This document shows, in pieces, positions 11,395 through 23,281 of a stretch of 64,000 bases of DNA (position 1 is the stretch's first letter; every line of letters starts with the position of its first letter). Below the pieces are notes generated by a model. It was not told the origin of the DNA and made no database searches. It was given only the letters and a program-made list of their open reading frames with translations. A program made the position numbers and the translations under genes. Origin of the DNA: Yuukianura sp. NJ FZ-2021 (taxonomy: Eukaryota); contig CM102285.1 in assembly GCA_046563655.1 (NCBI GenBank), positions 12,152,001-12,216,000 of the forward strand. The letters run 5' to 3'.

Positions 11395-14108
11395 TCATGT
11401 CACAAGGACTGCTGTCAGTAACCGCGGTGCGGGCGGTGGTTCTGGAGTACTGCAGTATGTGTCGATGTAGTGTTGCAGTAGGAGAACGACACGGATGACC
11501 GTGGTAGCGTGACCTTTGTTGCCACCAACATGAATCCCCTTGTCGAATATCCCGAAGTATCTCAGCAGTCCAGCTAGCTTCTCTATTCTACTTTTGCATT
11601 TAGTCAGTAGCTTAATCTCCCAGGGATCATCTTCGGTTAGCTTGGCTGGAGTAATTTCTTGTGGAAAAACTAAGAGTTGAACTTGTTTAGCTAAGCATTC
11701 GTTTCCTACATCAAATTGTTGTTCAACAAAGACTTCTGAGCCTTCTGGAATGATATCCAACACCTTGCTGTCCAAAATTACGTCTCGATCAGAAGTAGTT
11801 CCAGGAAATACTGATGATATGAAAAATATTGATCCAGTAGGTGAGCACAGGAAGAGGATCTTGTACGTTGGAGATGAAGATTTAGTTGGATTTGTCTTGA
11901 CATGAGATTTTGAAGTAACAAAAGTTACGTGATTCTCTAATCGGATTTCAACGACACGAAGTGCTGCATATAATTTAGTGTAATGTGTTTGTACAATCTC
12001 TGGTAATTCGGCAAATTCTTGTACATAGTCGTATTTCTTCAGAAAGAGATCCACAAGATCATTTTCCATCAGTTTAGAAAATGTTATGAAGAGGCAGGAA
12101 ATGTAGGTTGGATCACAGTTGTAGAAAAATCCAAGTTCTTTGGTAGCAAATCCACGTCGGTAGCGTGCAAGAGTTAGAAACAGTCGATTCTTGATATCAA
12201 TTCTACTTGATTTGACTTTCTTTTGTCCAGGAGGATTGGCTGTCCATGACTTTCCATTCCAGTAACTCATTTTCTTGGCATTTGGTTCCAGAAGGGAGTA
12301 GAATTGATTAAAGTCTTGTACAGTTGGAATTCCTGTGAAATATTTTATCCATTCGTTAGATTCGGAGCAGGTTTCAAATCGTAAAGTTTTAGACAGAAAG
12401 TCTGAAGGAAGCGACGCTTCTGGAGGCGGTGGAACTGCTGAAATTCCGGCTTGTGATGAGGAACAGGCGGAAATGACTGAACACATAAACTCGGCTTGGA
12501 GTTCATTGAGGTGCTCGAGTTCACCGTTGCAAAGTTTAGCAAGAGATGAATTGGCTTCCATCAGAACTCGTTTTTCCTCGGTCCATCTTGTTTGCAGAAG
12601 AGATAAGTTTGAGTTGGCTTCGTCCAGAATATTTTTAATGTCGGCTTTCCGATGCTCGTCGTATTCTGCTCGGATTTTCTTTTCCAGCTCAAGACTAATA
12701 GCATGCTGGGATTTTTCGTTTCCCTTGATTTCCTTAATCTCCTTCTTCAGTTCTTCAATCGCCTGATTCTTGACTTGGTTGTTTTTAATCATCTCCAGCA
12801 CTATAATTACAAAATACATAGTAAAAACCTAATGGAAGTTGTTTTAGAGCGAAGCATTTATGTATTTTATGTAGGTTACCCATTCTCTTCTCTTCAGCTT
12901 TATGCTTTTTGACAAGCATCCTCTCACGCCGTCTCCATTCTACTTCTAGCAGTGAGTTTGGATCGTCGACCGGAAGTGTTTGGGACTCCGGCTGATTGCC
13001 TTCATTTTGTTGTGGGTTGCTTGCTGTGGTGTTATTGGGGTCATTTAGTACAAAATGTTGATTTGTATCAATTACATAAGCTTCTACGAAACCCTCACAG
13101 TCGGGATCGGGAGCAGTACTAGTATGGGCAGAGTGATCTAAAGAGCCGGGTTCAGCGGTCGTGGGCGTGATACTGGTTTCGGTTTGACATTCCATTTCGA
13201 TTTCGATGACGTTGTAGTCCTCCTGGAACAGTTCTTGCTCAGGTTCTTGAAATACTGCTGGTTCTTCGAAAGAGGTTTTCCGATATTGGCGCAGTAGGAT
13301 ATCTTCTCCAACAGTGTCTTCCCCACGAACACAAGAATCAATTATTTCGTCGACATTAGTTCTTTCCACGACTCGAGGGAGAGGGATAACCACGTCTATG
13401 GGTGATGTATAGGATTCTAAATTCGCCGAATCACAGTCTGGCTCAGTAGCATCGGTATGAATACAGTCTTCCTCTTCGTCCAAAAATGAAGCAGTGATAG
13501 CATTAGGGTCGTCTGGAAGAGTGTTGTCTTCGCCTTCCACAACATTGGTGCTAGTGTCAATATCTGAAAAGAAAATCGACACAGTTATACTGTTTTAGAG
13601 AATAGATTGTGCTTCCATTATGTTTGTACAGTTAGACGAGCCCACCTTCAGCTTCTAGTTCAACAGTTTCAGCTTCGATCGTTTCTAACAGTTGATACAT
13701 GTCCGTCTCGCTGAATTCAACATAAGTGGAAGTTGCGGGTTCAGTACTTTCTTGCTCTTTGACCTCACATTTACAGACTTTTCGCCTACAGCCGGAACAG
13801 AACTCGCTGTTTTTGGCAGTGTTATACCAAAAGATATTTGGAATGTAATCCACATGTGATGGTTTGTAATTCCTCCTTCCTGTCTGAAAATGCTTGGAGC
13901 AGATTCTTGTTCTCTCAATGGGAATAAAATTAGGTCCTCGTCCAATCTGTGCCACCCATTTTCTCATCAGTGGTTTATCGGCTGGGAATTTGTACAGCTT
14001 GACTCCGTCATTATTATCATCTTCTCCGAACGATTGTTTTTCAGTGCTGTCGCAATGCGGTACGCAGCATCTTAAAACTCTCCTCTTCCTCTTCTTTACA
14101 GGCGGCAT
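11395..14108 (-). CDS. THAP zinc finger + acidic linker + coiled coil + HTH + degenerate Harbinger/ISL2EU-type DDE (DDE_Tnp_4-like) protein, ~850 aa, 3 coding exons; probable domesticated transposase
   Basis: Exons 14108-13646, 13563-12880 and 12800-11395 join in frame (2553 nt; both introns GT-AG, phase 1). THAP signature: CCVPHC...LYKFP...W...ICSKHF...IPNIF. The C-terminus follows the ISL2EU/Harbinger transposase pattern (YFTGIP, RLFLTLARYR, ELGFFY, TYKILFLCSPTGSIFFISSVFPGTTSD, RIEK). Confidence 0.85.
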
Positions 14109-15747
14109 GATAGAGATCGAACCAAGTGGCCTGACATAAGATAACAATAATATTTTATTTGCAAATCATCTAACCAGGATTTTCGGATTTGCCACATCTA
14201 AAAATAATTAGTGTAATGTGTAGTTTGCCCAGCAATTACCGGAAAGGTTGTTATTTCGTTCGCCAGTACTATTTCTGTTAACAATTTAGCTTGATTTTCT
14301 TTACGTTTACTTAGGTAAGTAATTGTTTTGTATGTAAAAGTTAAATTTTTGTTTTTGCTTTTTTAGTTTTTGTTTTTTAGAAACCAAAATATGTACTACT
14401 AATTTTGAACTACGCGGGAGAGGATTTTGCACATTCATATGAAAAAAGGTGAACAAAAGTTTAATTCATTTGGTACGAGAGAGATGTGATTGGTTGATTT
14501 GATTGATTTGTGGTATTGTGGTAAACTGTTTTGAAAAATCTGTTTTATGACTCATTGTTGTTGTTTTTAGTGATAAAATTTTAGTGAGTGAAGAGTTTTA
14601 AACGAAGGGTAGGCAATTTGCTTGACCTACTTCTGTGTCTGTGTTCCGAAAAGGGAAAAGCTAGTCATTTCAGATTTCAATTCCTATTGTGTTGTCTTGT
14701 AGAAATCGTTTGAAGTATTGAAGATCCTCGCGTACAAAGTTCATTTTCGACTGTTGGCTGGGGTTCTCATATCGTGATATCGTATGGGACTATGGGAGTC
14801 TGACAGACAATCGTGTATTACTGAGTGAGTCTGTACAGTAGTCAGACCGCCAGGAGAACTTATGTTGTAACATAGTTGTCCTGTCACGTCACCACCATCT
14901 TTAACTTCACCGCTAGTAGGGAAGTCATCATCTGGTGATTGGTGGATGACTGTTGTCCAGTCGTCTCCGCGATCGGGACAAGAGAGGTCAAAGGTAACAT
15001 TTCATAAACCTTGTCAGCAAGGTTTCTATAGCAACGGTTGCTTCATAAGGTTAAGCAATAAGTCTTGTTTTCCAAAAATCTCGCTCCAAACTTTTTTTTC
15101 ACCCAAGTTTCACCCAGAGTGAATCAGAGTGAATGTCTTGCCGTGATGTCTTTTCATTTTTGCAATTTTGGAAGGAAAAATATAAAAACCGAGGTATTGC
15201 TTAACCTTATGAACCAAGAACTATTCCGTTGCTATAGAAACCTTGCTTGTCAGTGTCATTACGCTAAATACTTAGTGCAATGTGTACTTTATCTTTAAGG
15301 ATATGTGAAAACTAATTTTACTTTGTTTTTATTCTAGCAGCCAAGAGAAGACTTTCCTCAGTTCTAGTTGCTCGCTGGATGTCGTAAACCTGCTGATGCT
15401 GGTGGCAGTTTAAGAAGTGAAAGTCGCTGGAGACTGTGCAGAAGACCAATCGATATTGTACTACTTTCGTGGTGCCTCGGTAAGAATTTTAGTCCCGCAT
15501 TGCTGTAGTACGCCGCTGCATACTGAGGGCGAGACCAGTTCGTCGGTCTTCGTGTCTTCGCTCTCAAATATTCTTACCAAAGCTGTAATACCAGTTTCGT
15601 TTTCTTTTCTCAAGATTTTGCTTCTACTATTCATTCAAATTTACGGTACACCTACACCAGAGCCTAGGACCAAGGGCGTTGTCTTACTCTTGAGACAAGA
15701 AGGGTTATCGTCGTCTTCAACGATCACTGGCTTCTAAATCATAGACG

Positions 15748-18700
15748 ATGGGGTCAATGTTTCGAAGCGAGGAAATGGCTCTCTGCCAGCTCTTTCTGCA
15801 AAGCGAAGCTGCCTATGCCTGTGTTTCAGAATTGGGAGAGCTGGGATTGGCTCAATTCAGAGATGTAAGTTCAAAATTCAACAAACATAATGCTTTTTAG
15901 ATTTAAGCTTATGTTTTGTTTAATTTAGCTAAACCCGGATGTCAATATATTCCAACGGAAGTTTGTCAATGAAGTGCGGCGGTGTGACGAAATGGAAAGG
16001 AAACTTCGGTATTTGGAAAAGGAAATTAAAAAGGATGGGATTCCGATGATGGACTCCGGAGAAAACGTAGAAGCTCCGCAGCCAAGAGAAATGATCGACT
16101 TGGAGGTGAATTATCAATAATAACTCCCGTTTAATAGTTTGATGATACGTACTAAAGGAATATCTCAAGCATTCACTTTGTTCTAGGCAACTTTTGAGCG
16201 TTTGGAGAACGAGCTGAGAGAAGTCAATGAAAACTCGGTGGCCCTGAAAAGAAATTTTCTAGAGCTTACTGAACTCAAGCACATTTTGAGGAGAACGCAA
16301 GTATTCTTTGATGAGGTAAGTACGCTGATGAAACTATCTTCTCCCTGCGATGACATATTGGTCGTGGTCTACCTCTGCTTGGCTTTGCTTCATTCTTTGC
16401 TCACCACAATTATGGTTTTCGTAGAATGGGCGGACTTTATTCAATATTATTGCTTATTATCACCTCTTTAATTGCATTTTGATTTCACTTTGTTTGTATT
16501 TTTTATGTTTCTTCCATATTCTTTATTTCCTTGTTTCTGAATATTGGATTTTGATGCCTGGCCTGCAATTTCCTGTGATCCTGTCTGATGCATTGTATAA
16601 TTGGTTCCACTGAACTAATTAAAATGGAGTTAGGTTGATTATAATTACTGTCATAACGCCTACTCGTACGCTCAGATGGCTGATCCCAGTCGGGAAGACG
16701 AGCAACAACAATTGCTTGGGGAAGAAGGGCTTCGAGCTGGTGGGCAATCGCTAAAGCTGGGGTAAACTTTCTTCAAGCTTAACTAACAGCAAACTAATTA
16801 TTCTAACTAATTTAATAATTAATCACTTGAACTTCTGCTAATTAAGATATTTCGTCAATTAACCTTTTGTCATTTAGAGGCTTTGGTTTTCTTGTGCTGG
16901 GTTATCTGAGGCACATGGTGAATTAAGTCATTGAGTGTGAATGAGAAACCAAAAAGCAACGATGTTCATCAACTAACACTATGTTTCGCTGCATGAATGT
17001 TATACGTTTTGTAATCAGACTATCCTATCCATGATTTATTTTTATTCGTTTTCTTAAAAATATGATTCATGAAGCGAGTTACTGAAAACGGAGACCATAA
17101 CCTGATTGAAGACGAAGTTATGTTCACAAGGCTGGGACTAAGCACTCTCACATCAGTCCGTGGTCTCGGGTAACAGATTAAGATTCTTCGTTGCCTTATA
17201 TAACCCAAGAGCACAAGGAAAACCAAAGTCGCTGATTCGCACTTAGCATGTAACTTACGCAAGCGTTTAGAAACTAATTTTGAATTACTCGTTTCAGGTT
17301 TGTGGCCGGCGTCATTTTGAGAGAGAGGATTCCAGCGTTCGAACGTCTTCTCTGGAGAGCTTGTCGTGGAAATGTGTTTCTCCGGCAAGCGGAAATTGAC
17401 ACTCCATTGGAAGATCCCACGACTGTAAGTACAGAAACAGGAATATGAATAACAGATTTACTTGCTGCGGATTTGTGAGATCTTGTGATTTGTAATTTCA
17501 GGGGGATCAAGTGTACAAATCGGTATTCATCATCTTTTTCCAAGGAGATCAACTGAAGACAAGAGTGAAGAAGATCTGTGAAGGATTCCGAGCGACATTG
17601 TATCCTTGCCCGGAGACACCAAATGATCGACGTGAAATGGCTGTCGGCGTCATGACTCGTATTGAAGACTTGAACACTGTAAGATGGTGCTATATTTTTT
17701 CGTGTTAGTTTTGCTCATGCTCAAGCGATGACTCATTCTAAAATCTGCCCTTTCTCTACTGCAGGTCCTAAGTCAAACTCAAGATCATCGACACCGGGTA
17801 CTTGTCGCTGCGGCAAAGAATATCAAAATCTGGTTCACGAAAGTTCGGAAAATCAAAGCAATCTACCATACTCTGAATTTGTTCAACTTGGACGTGACCC
17901 AGAAGTGTTTGATTGCGGAGTGCTGGGTTCCAGTGTCGGATTTGGAAGCAATACATTTGTCCCTCCGCCGTGGCACTGTACGTGTTCTAAAAAACTAGCA
18001 TTATCGAAGAGTCGAACCTCGGAAAATAATTATTTTTGTTTGTCCGGTTTACAGGAGAGGTCTGGAAGCAGTGTGCCGCCAATTCTGAATCGAATGGAAA
18101 CTCGAGAGACGCCACCAACGTATTTTCGGCTAAACAAATTCACCAAGGGGTTCCAAAATCTTGTGGACGCTTACGGAGTGGCAAATTACCGGGAAATCAA
18201 CCCTGCTCCTTATGCAATAATAACGTTTCCATTCTTGTTTGCCGTGATGTTTGGAGATTTTGGACATGGACTCATCATGACACTCTTTTCTGGTTGGATG
18301 GTTCTCAACGAGAAGCCGCTGATTGCGAGAAAGTCTGGTGGAGAGGTATGCTTCCTGGCAATATTAGTTTAGTACTTGAGTCAACTTTCAGGACATTTCG
18401 TTTGCTAGATCTGGAACATATTTTTCGGCGGACGATACATCATTCTGCTGATGGGATTCTTCTCGATGTACACGGGTATCATCTACAACGACTTCTTTTC
18501 GAAGTCCCTGAATCTCTTTGGCTCTCAGTGGTCTGCAAATATATTCGATGGAACCTATTTGGAAAAGCAAACTCAGGGAGTCATGTTGGATCCTAATGGC
18601 ACGTACGCTGGAACTCCTTATTTCATCGGACTTGATCCAGTTTGGCAGGTTTGCAGTTAGTTTTACTCTCATCAGTCAGTTCTATTAGCACTTAACTCCT

Positions 18701-20028
18701 TCAACACGGAAAAGTTTACTTTTGTTTTCATTTTGTTGGTAGGTGGCTGAAAACAAGATCCAGTTTCTCAACGCCTACAAAATGAAGGTGTCCATCATCA
18801 TCGGAGTCATTCACATGCTGTTTGGAGTCGCAATAAGTTACTGGAATCATAAATTCTTCCAAAAGAAAATCAACATCATTTGCGACTTCATCCCTCAATT
18901 GATCTTCATGATATTCATTTTCTTCTATCTCATCATTCTGATTTTTCACAAATGGACCTCGTATCATGCTAAGGGGGGTAAGTAGTGAATTTGAAACTTT
19001 CCATGTTGAAAATTAAATTTTGCTGTTAACTGTTTGAATTACTTTCAGGAGTGGAAGCTGGACCGCACTGTGCTCCCTCAGTTCTCATTCTTTTCATCAA
19101 CATGGTCCTGTTCAAGACGACAGAGAAAGTCGGCGACTGTGAACCATACATGTATGCGGGACAAAATGGATTCCAAAAATTTCTTGTAGTTGTTGCATTC
19201 GCTTGCATTCCTTGGCTTATGTTTGGAAAGCCATACCTAATCTACAAGCATCGGCAGTTGGCGCACATGAAGGTAAGCAATACTTTGAAATTGAAGAGTA
19301 GAAGCATACTAAAACTAGGAGTTTCATATTCATTTTCAACCTGTTTTTCTCCTCGTTTCAGATGAATCTGGCTGACGGAATTAACAATGATGGAGATCAC
19401 TCTCAGATACAAATGAGCGACGGAGGAATTCCATCAGCGTCGGAACATGACAATGAAGAGTTCAGCGAAATCATGATTCACCAAGGGATTCATACCATTG
19501 AGTACATTCTGGGCTGTGTCTCCAATACTGCATCTTACCTACGGTTGTGGGCCCTGAGCTTGGCTCATGCGCGTCAGTTTCAATTGGGAATCAGAACAAA
19601 TTAGCGTTGTTTTAATTCGAAGTTCGAACCTAATTTTGTGTTTCGGATCTTGCAGAATTGTCAGAAGTATTGTGGTCTATGGTGATGCGAATTGGACTTG
19701 TACAGCCGGAATGGTATGGTGGAATTGCACTGTACTTCATCTTTGCAGCATGGGCAGGTCTCACTGTCGGAATTTTGGTGCTAATGGAAGGACTGTCTGC
19801 GTTCTTACACACGCTACGTTTGCATTGGTAAGGAAAACCGGGTTTATACTCTAAAATTGTGTTCATCCTATCTAACCATTTCACCTTCTTCGTAACTTCT
19901 TCATAACTATTTGATTCTTGGACAGGGTTGAATTTCAAAACAAGTTCTATTGCGGACAAGGCTATCCCTTTGCACCATTTTCATTCGAGACAATTCTGGA
20001 AGCAATTGGAAGCGCTGAAGGGGAGTAG
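15748..20028 (+). CDS. ATP6V0A1: V-type proton ATPase V0 subunit a (116 kDa; Vha100-1/ATP6V0A1-like), ~833 aa, 14 exons
   Basis: Exons 15748-15864, 15929-16105, 16187-16315, 16676-16761, 17298-17424, 17502-17678, 17765-17977, 18055-18345, 18409-18648, 18743-18977, 19049-19272, 19362-19572, 19656-19827 and 19926-20028 total 2502 nt. Hallmarks are [61 protein letters not shown] and [15 protein letters not shown]. Confidence 0.97.
17075..17169 (+). CDS. Candidate mutually exclusive alternative exon of V-ATPase subunit a
   Basis: AAG|CGAGTT...CTCGG|GTAACA, 95 nt, open ([32 protein letters not shown]). It has the same 0-to-2 phase and the same LG ending as exon 16676-16761. Confidence 0.6.
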
Positions 20029-20678
20029 AAAGAATCTCACTTCGTAGTTGTTGCAAAGTATGGTTGTCGTTGTATTGAAATTGTTGTCGTGGGGTAATAC
20101 TCTAAAATAACTTTGAAGCTCTCTTGAATAGTATTATTATCGTCAAAAGTCACAATAACACGATCAAACTCACAACAATAAACACCCCAAGCAGCTCTCC
20201 CATTTTACAAATTGTGTTTTATGGTATGAAATTATTCATTAACTTGGGATTTTACGTACCAATTTCCCCTCCAGTTTATGAGTTTTTCTTCTACAGATTC
20301 ATTAGTGGTCGTAAACAACTGGAATACTTGCAAGTACATTCGAAAACGCAAGTAAATAAGCCAAACATCCATTTAAAATTTTTATTAATTTGTAGCAAGG
20401 ACTCTAACAGGAGGTTATACGGAATCAGAGGTTCCGTTTGTGTTGATATTTCAGGCGGGAAACACACTTTTTGAATTTAGAAATTTCAGTTTCATTTTTT
20501 GTTTTTGTTTTTTTCATGTCACCTGATTTGTTGATTGAATTTGATTTTCCTTCTCTTCGATTTTAATTAACCTATCATTTCACACAGGTGTGATTTCTAA
20601 TTAACTCAATACTAAAGTAAGAGAAGTAGTGTATAGCTTTACAGTCCTACGTAGTTTAGTTGCTTTATACGCTTAAAT

Positions 20679-22278
20679 ATGGGGTCAAACATGGAAATCG
20701 ACGCCTATGTCCGGGAAACACTGATCTCAGCAAATGTAAGATTTACTTTAGTATCGTATATTCTTTCATGTTGACTCTTAAGTTAAGAGTCTTAACTGGA
20801 GATAGTTTTTATGTTGTTTCATTGTTTCACTGTGAAGCTAATTTGGCATATCAATTTTGTAGTATAGGGACGTGGAACGTGTCCGGCAAGATGTACTGGA
20901 AGCAATTGCCCAATATCCTGGTCTCCAGCCTCAAAGGGATACGTACAGTAAGTTGTTGACCGATTGATTGTTATTAAGCATTCTAATTAATTGAAATTGG
21001 AGTTGTGACTTTATTTATTGGTATCTTGTAGTTTACATGGATGGGACTGAACAGCTACTGCTAAAACTGACTGGGACGTTACCTGTTAAATATAAAGGTT
21101 GGTTTTTGCGTAACTAACAAGCGTAATGTCAGCAGTATTAACGAAGCATGACCAGTTTCAGGAGTTCTTACACAGTATTGTAATTCCGTACAAATTGATG
21201 TTCTAGGAAATGTGTACAACATCCCTCTTGACATGTGGCTCCTGACTACATATCCGTACAATGCGCCCATGGTTTTACTGTGCCCGACACCAGAAATGCG
21301 GATAAAAGTTTCACAGAACGTTGGGCCTGATGGTCGTGTGAAGTTGCCTTACATGCAAGAATGGAATCATGTAATCTTGACGTTCATCAATTGATCATCA
21401 TCGCATTGTTTTAAACTAGAGTCCTCTAAAACTAAAGTGTTCAAACTTGTTGTATTGCAGAATTCGTCGGAATTACTTTTGCTGATTCAAGTTCTCATAA
21501 TCACATTCCAAGAGGAACCTCCAGTATACTCAGTTCAACTAAGTCCACCGTATCCGTTGTCTCCGTATAATTTACATTCCGAAACCGAACAAGTCTTCGC
21601 ACAAGAAGCTCAAGCCAGTTCTAACACTGGGGGACTCTCTTCAGAACGCTTCGAGTTACTGCAAACCGCAGCGGGTCGGCTGTTGCGTAGACTGCATCAA
21701 CTTTACGGTGCGTCTTGTGTAGAACAATGGGTAAGTACCATTTAAACTTAAAGACTTGATGACATTCATACAGAAAGTGTGTATTGTTAATTTCTTATGT
21801 TTATAGAACTACGAGCAGCTACAGAGGGGAAGTGAAAAGCTAACGCGGTTGTCGGAACGGCTAAAAGAAGAGAAAGAGCAGTTGTTAGAGACGGTGGAGA
21901 CGTCGGAGAAGGAACTCGTAGATCTGTCGTCCAGTCTAATCGTTCACGAGGCTGACATAGAAGATCGTGAAGCAAACATAGAAGATTCAATAGTAGCTCC
22001 ACGACCACTTTTTCGACAGTAATTATTCCAGTTTGAAATGATGACCATTTTTTCGACTAAGTAAAACGGATGATTTACTGTACTTTCTTTTCAGAATCGT
22101 TGAAATACACACGGAGGAAAGCGCCATCCAAGATGCAATTTACTTTGTCAGTGAAGGGTTACGAGCAGGACAAATGGAGTTGGACCAATTTGAAAAGACA
22201 ATTCGGAAGCTAGCCCGAAAACAATTCATGCTTCGATTACTGCTTGTGCAATGTAGGGAGAAAGCTGGCTTGAAATAG
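20679..22278 (+). CDS. TSG101: TSG101/Vps23-like ESCRT-I subunit (UEV + coiled coil + steadiness box), ~345 aa, 7 exons
   Basis: Exons 20679-20735, 20863-20947, 21032-21097, 21207-21370, 21461-21730, 21807-22018 and 22095-22278 total 1038 nt. UEV motifs are LTGTLPVKYKGNVYNIP, WLLTTYPYNAP, GRVKLPYMQEW and FQEEPPVYS. The C-terminal SB region reads PLFRQIVE..EESAIQDAIYF..IRKLARKQFMLR..CREKAGL. Confidence 0.88.
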
Positions 22279-23281
22279 ACCATGACCAACCTCTAATTGC
22301 AGACTACGACGTTATTCGTAATTGGGTAGTTACCATTACTTACGGCTACAGAATCGCAAAAACCGAAATGGTCAAATTAGGCTTTAAGAAGAAGTTCCAA
22401 CTCATATTTATTTAGGCTACTACTAATTAAGCTTAAGCGTCACGGGAATATCGATTCTAGGTTAATTTAAAATACAATATGTTTCATTGTAAGCCTAATC
22501 GCTTATCATTTTCGGGCGATAGAGCAATGAACGAAGTAACATTAAGTACATGCATGCTGACGAAACTATTTCTGACTTATTGTTTAGCATTAAAAATTGT
22601 TGAGTTAATTGTAAATTAAATTACATTCGTGACTGTGATGACAAAAATTAAAAGTGCAGATTACTGAACTTAATTTTTGTGGTGTTGATGTGAAGTCATG
22701 TGCTGTTCCACGCGTTCCTGAACTTTGACATGAATTGAATAAAAATGTCTTTGAACAATTTCGGTTTTTGATTTTCAATGTAGAGGGATTCGCGTTTTCC
22801 GCGTTTTAGTAACGATCTGGCAGCGATAGAACATGCATTAATTAAAAAAAAAGCGTTTGAGAAGAAGCAGGCTGGGCGGTGATTCGGTGATGTTTTGGTG
22901 TCGATTTCGTGGCGAATTTTGAAATTTACGTAATACAGTCGAGGCTAGTTTTGCTTTAGCATCTTTAAATTTGACGTGGAGGAAATTGTTGAAGTGAATT
23001 AAGAAACATTTAATAAATAAATTTCGAAATAAATTGATTGTATATTTTACTTGATTTATTATTGATAACAAAGAATTTAGAATAATAATTAGAGCTCTCG
23101 TCAGCTTCCGAACACTGATCAGCCATTTTTCTTAAAGTGGTTTTCATTTGAAATTTGAATTTGTAAGTGAGGAAACAAGTAGTTAACGATTTGATATACT
23201 TTGCGTTGAAAGGAAACTAAGTGCTCGTTGCACCTCTCATGGGCAGCAATTTGCGAATTTAGGAAGTAAATATTAAGGGAA

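Noticed and set aside
12335..12766. 143-aa plus-strand ORF (and similar antisense ORFs over V-ATPase, angel and FHOD exons)
   Set aside because: These are antisense shadows of real coding exons, most with non-ATG starts and no recognisable motifs.
13128..13139. HCF-1 binding motif in the THAP protein
   Set aside because: The sequence is DHSA, lacking the required Tyr of (D/E)HxY.
11395..14147. Three independent genes, or an active autonomous transposon, at the THAP locus
   Set aside because: The three ORFs splice into one frame, two catalytic Asp positions appear substituted, and no TIR/TSD or companion ORF was seen.
14883..14892. CLEAR/Mitf-TFEB element upstream of V-ATPase a (GTCACGTCAC)
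   Set aside because: The mismatch falls inside the E-box core (CACGTC rather than CACGTG), and a single imperfect site is not enough.
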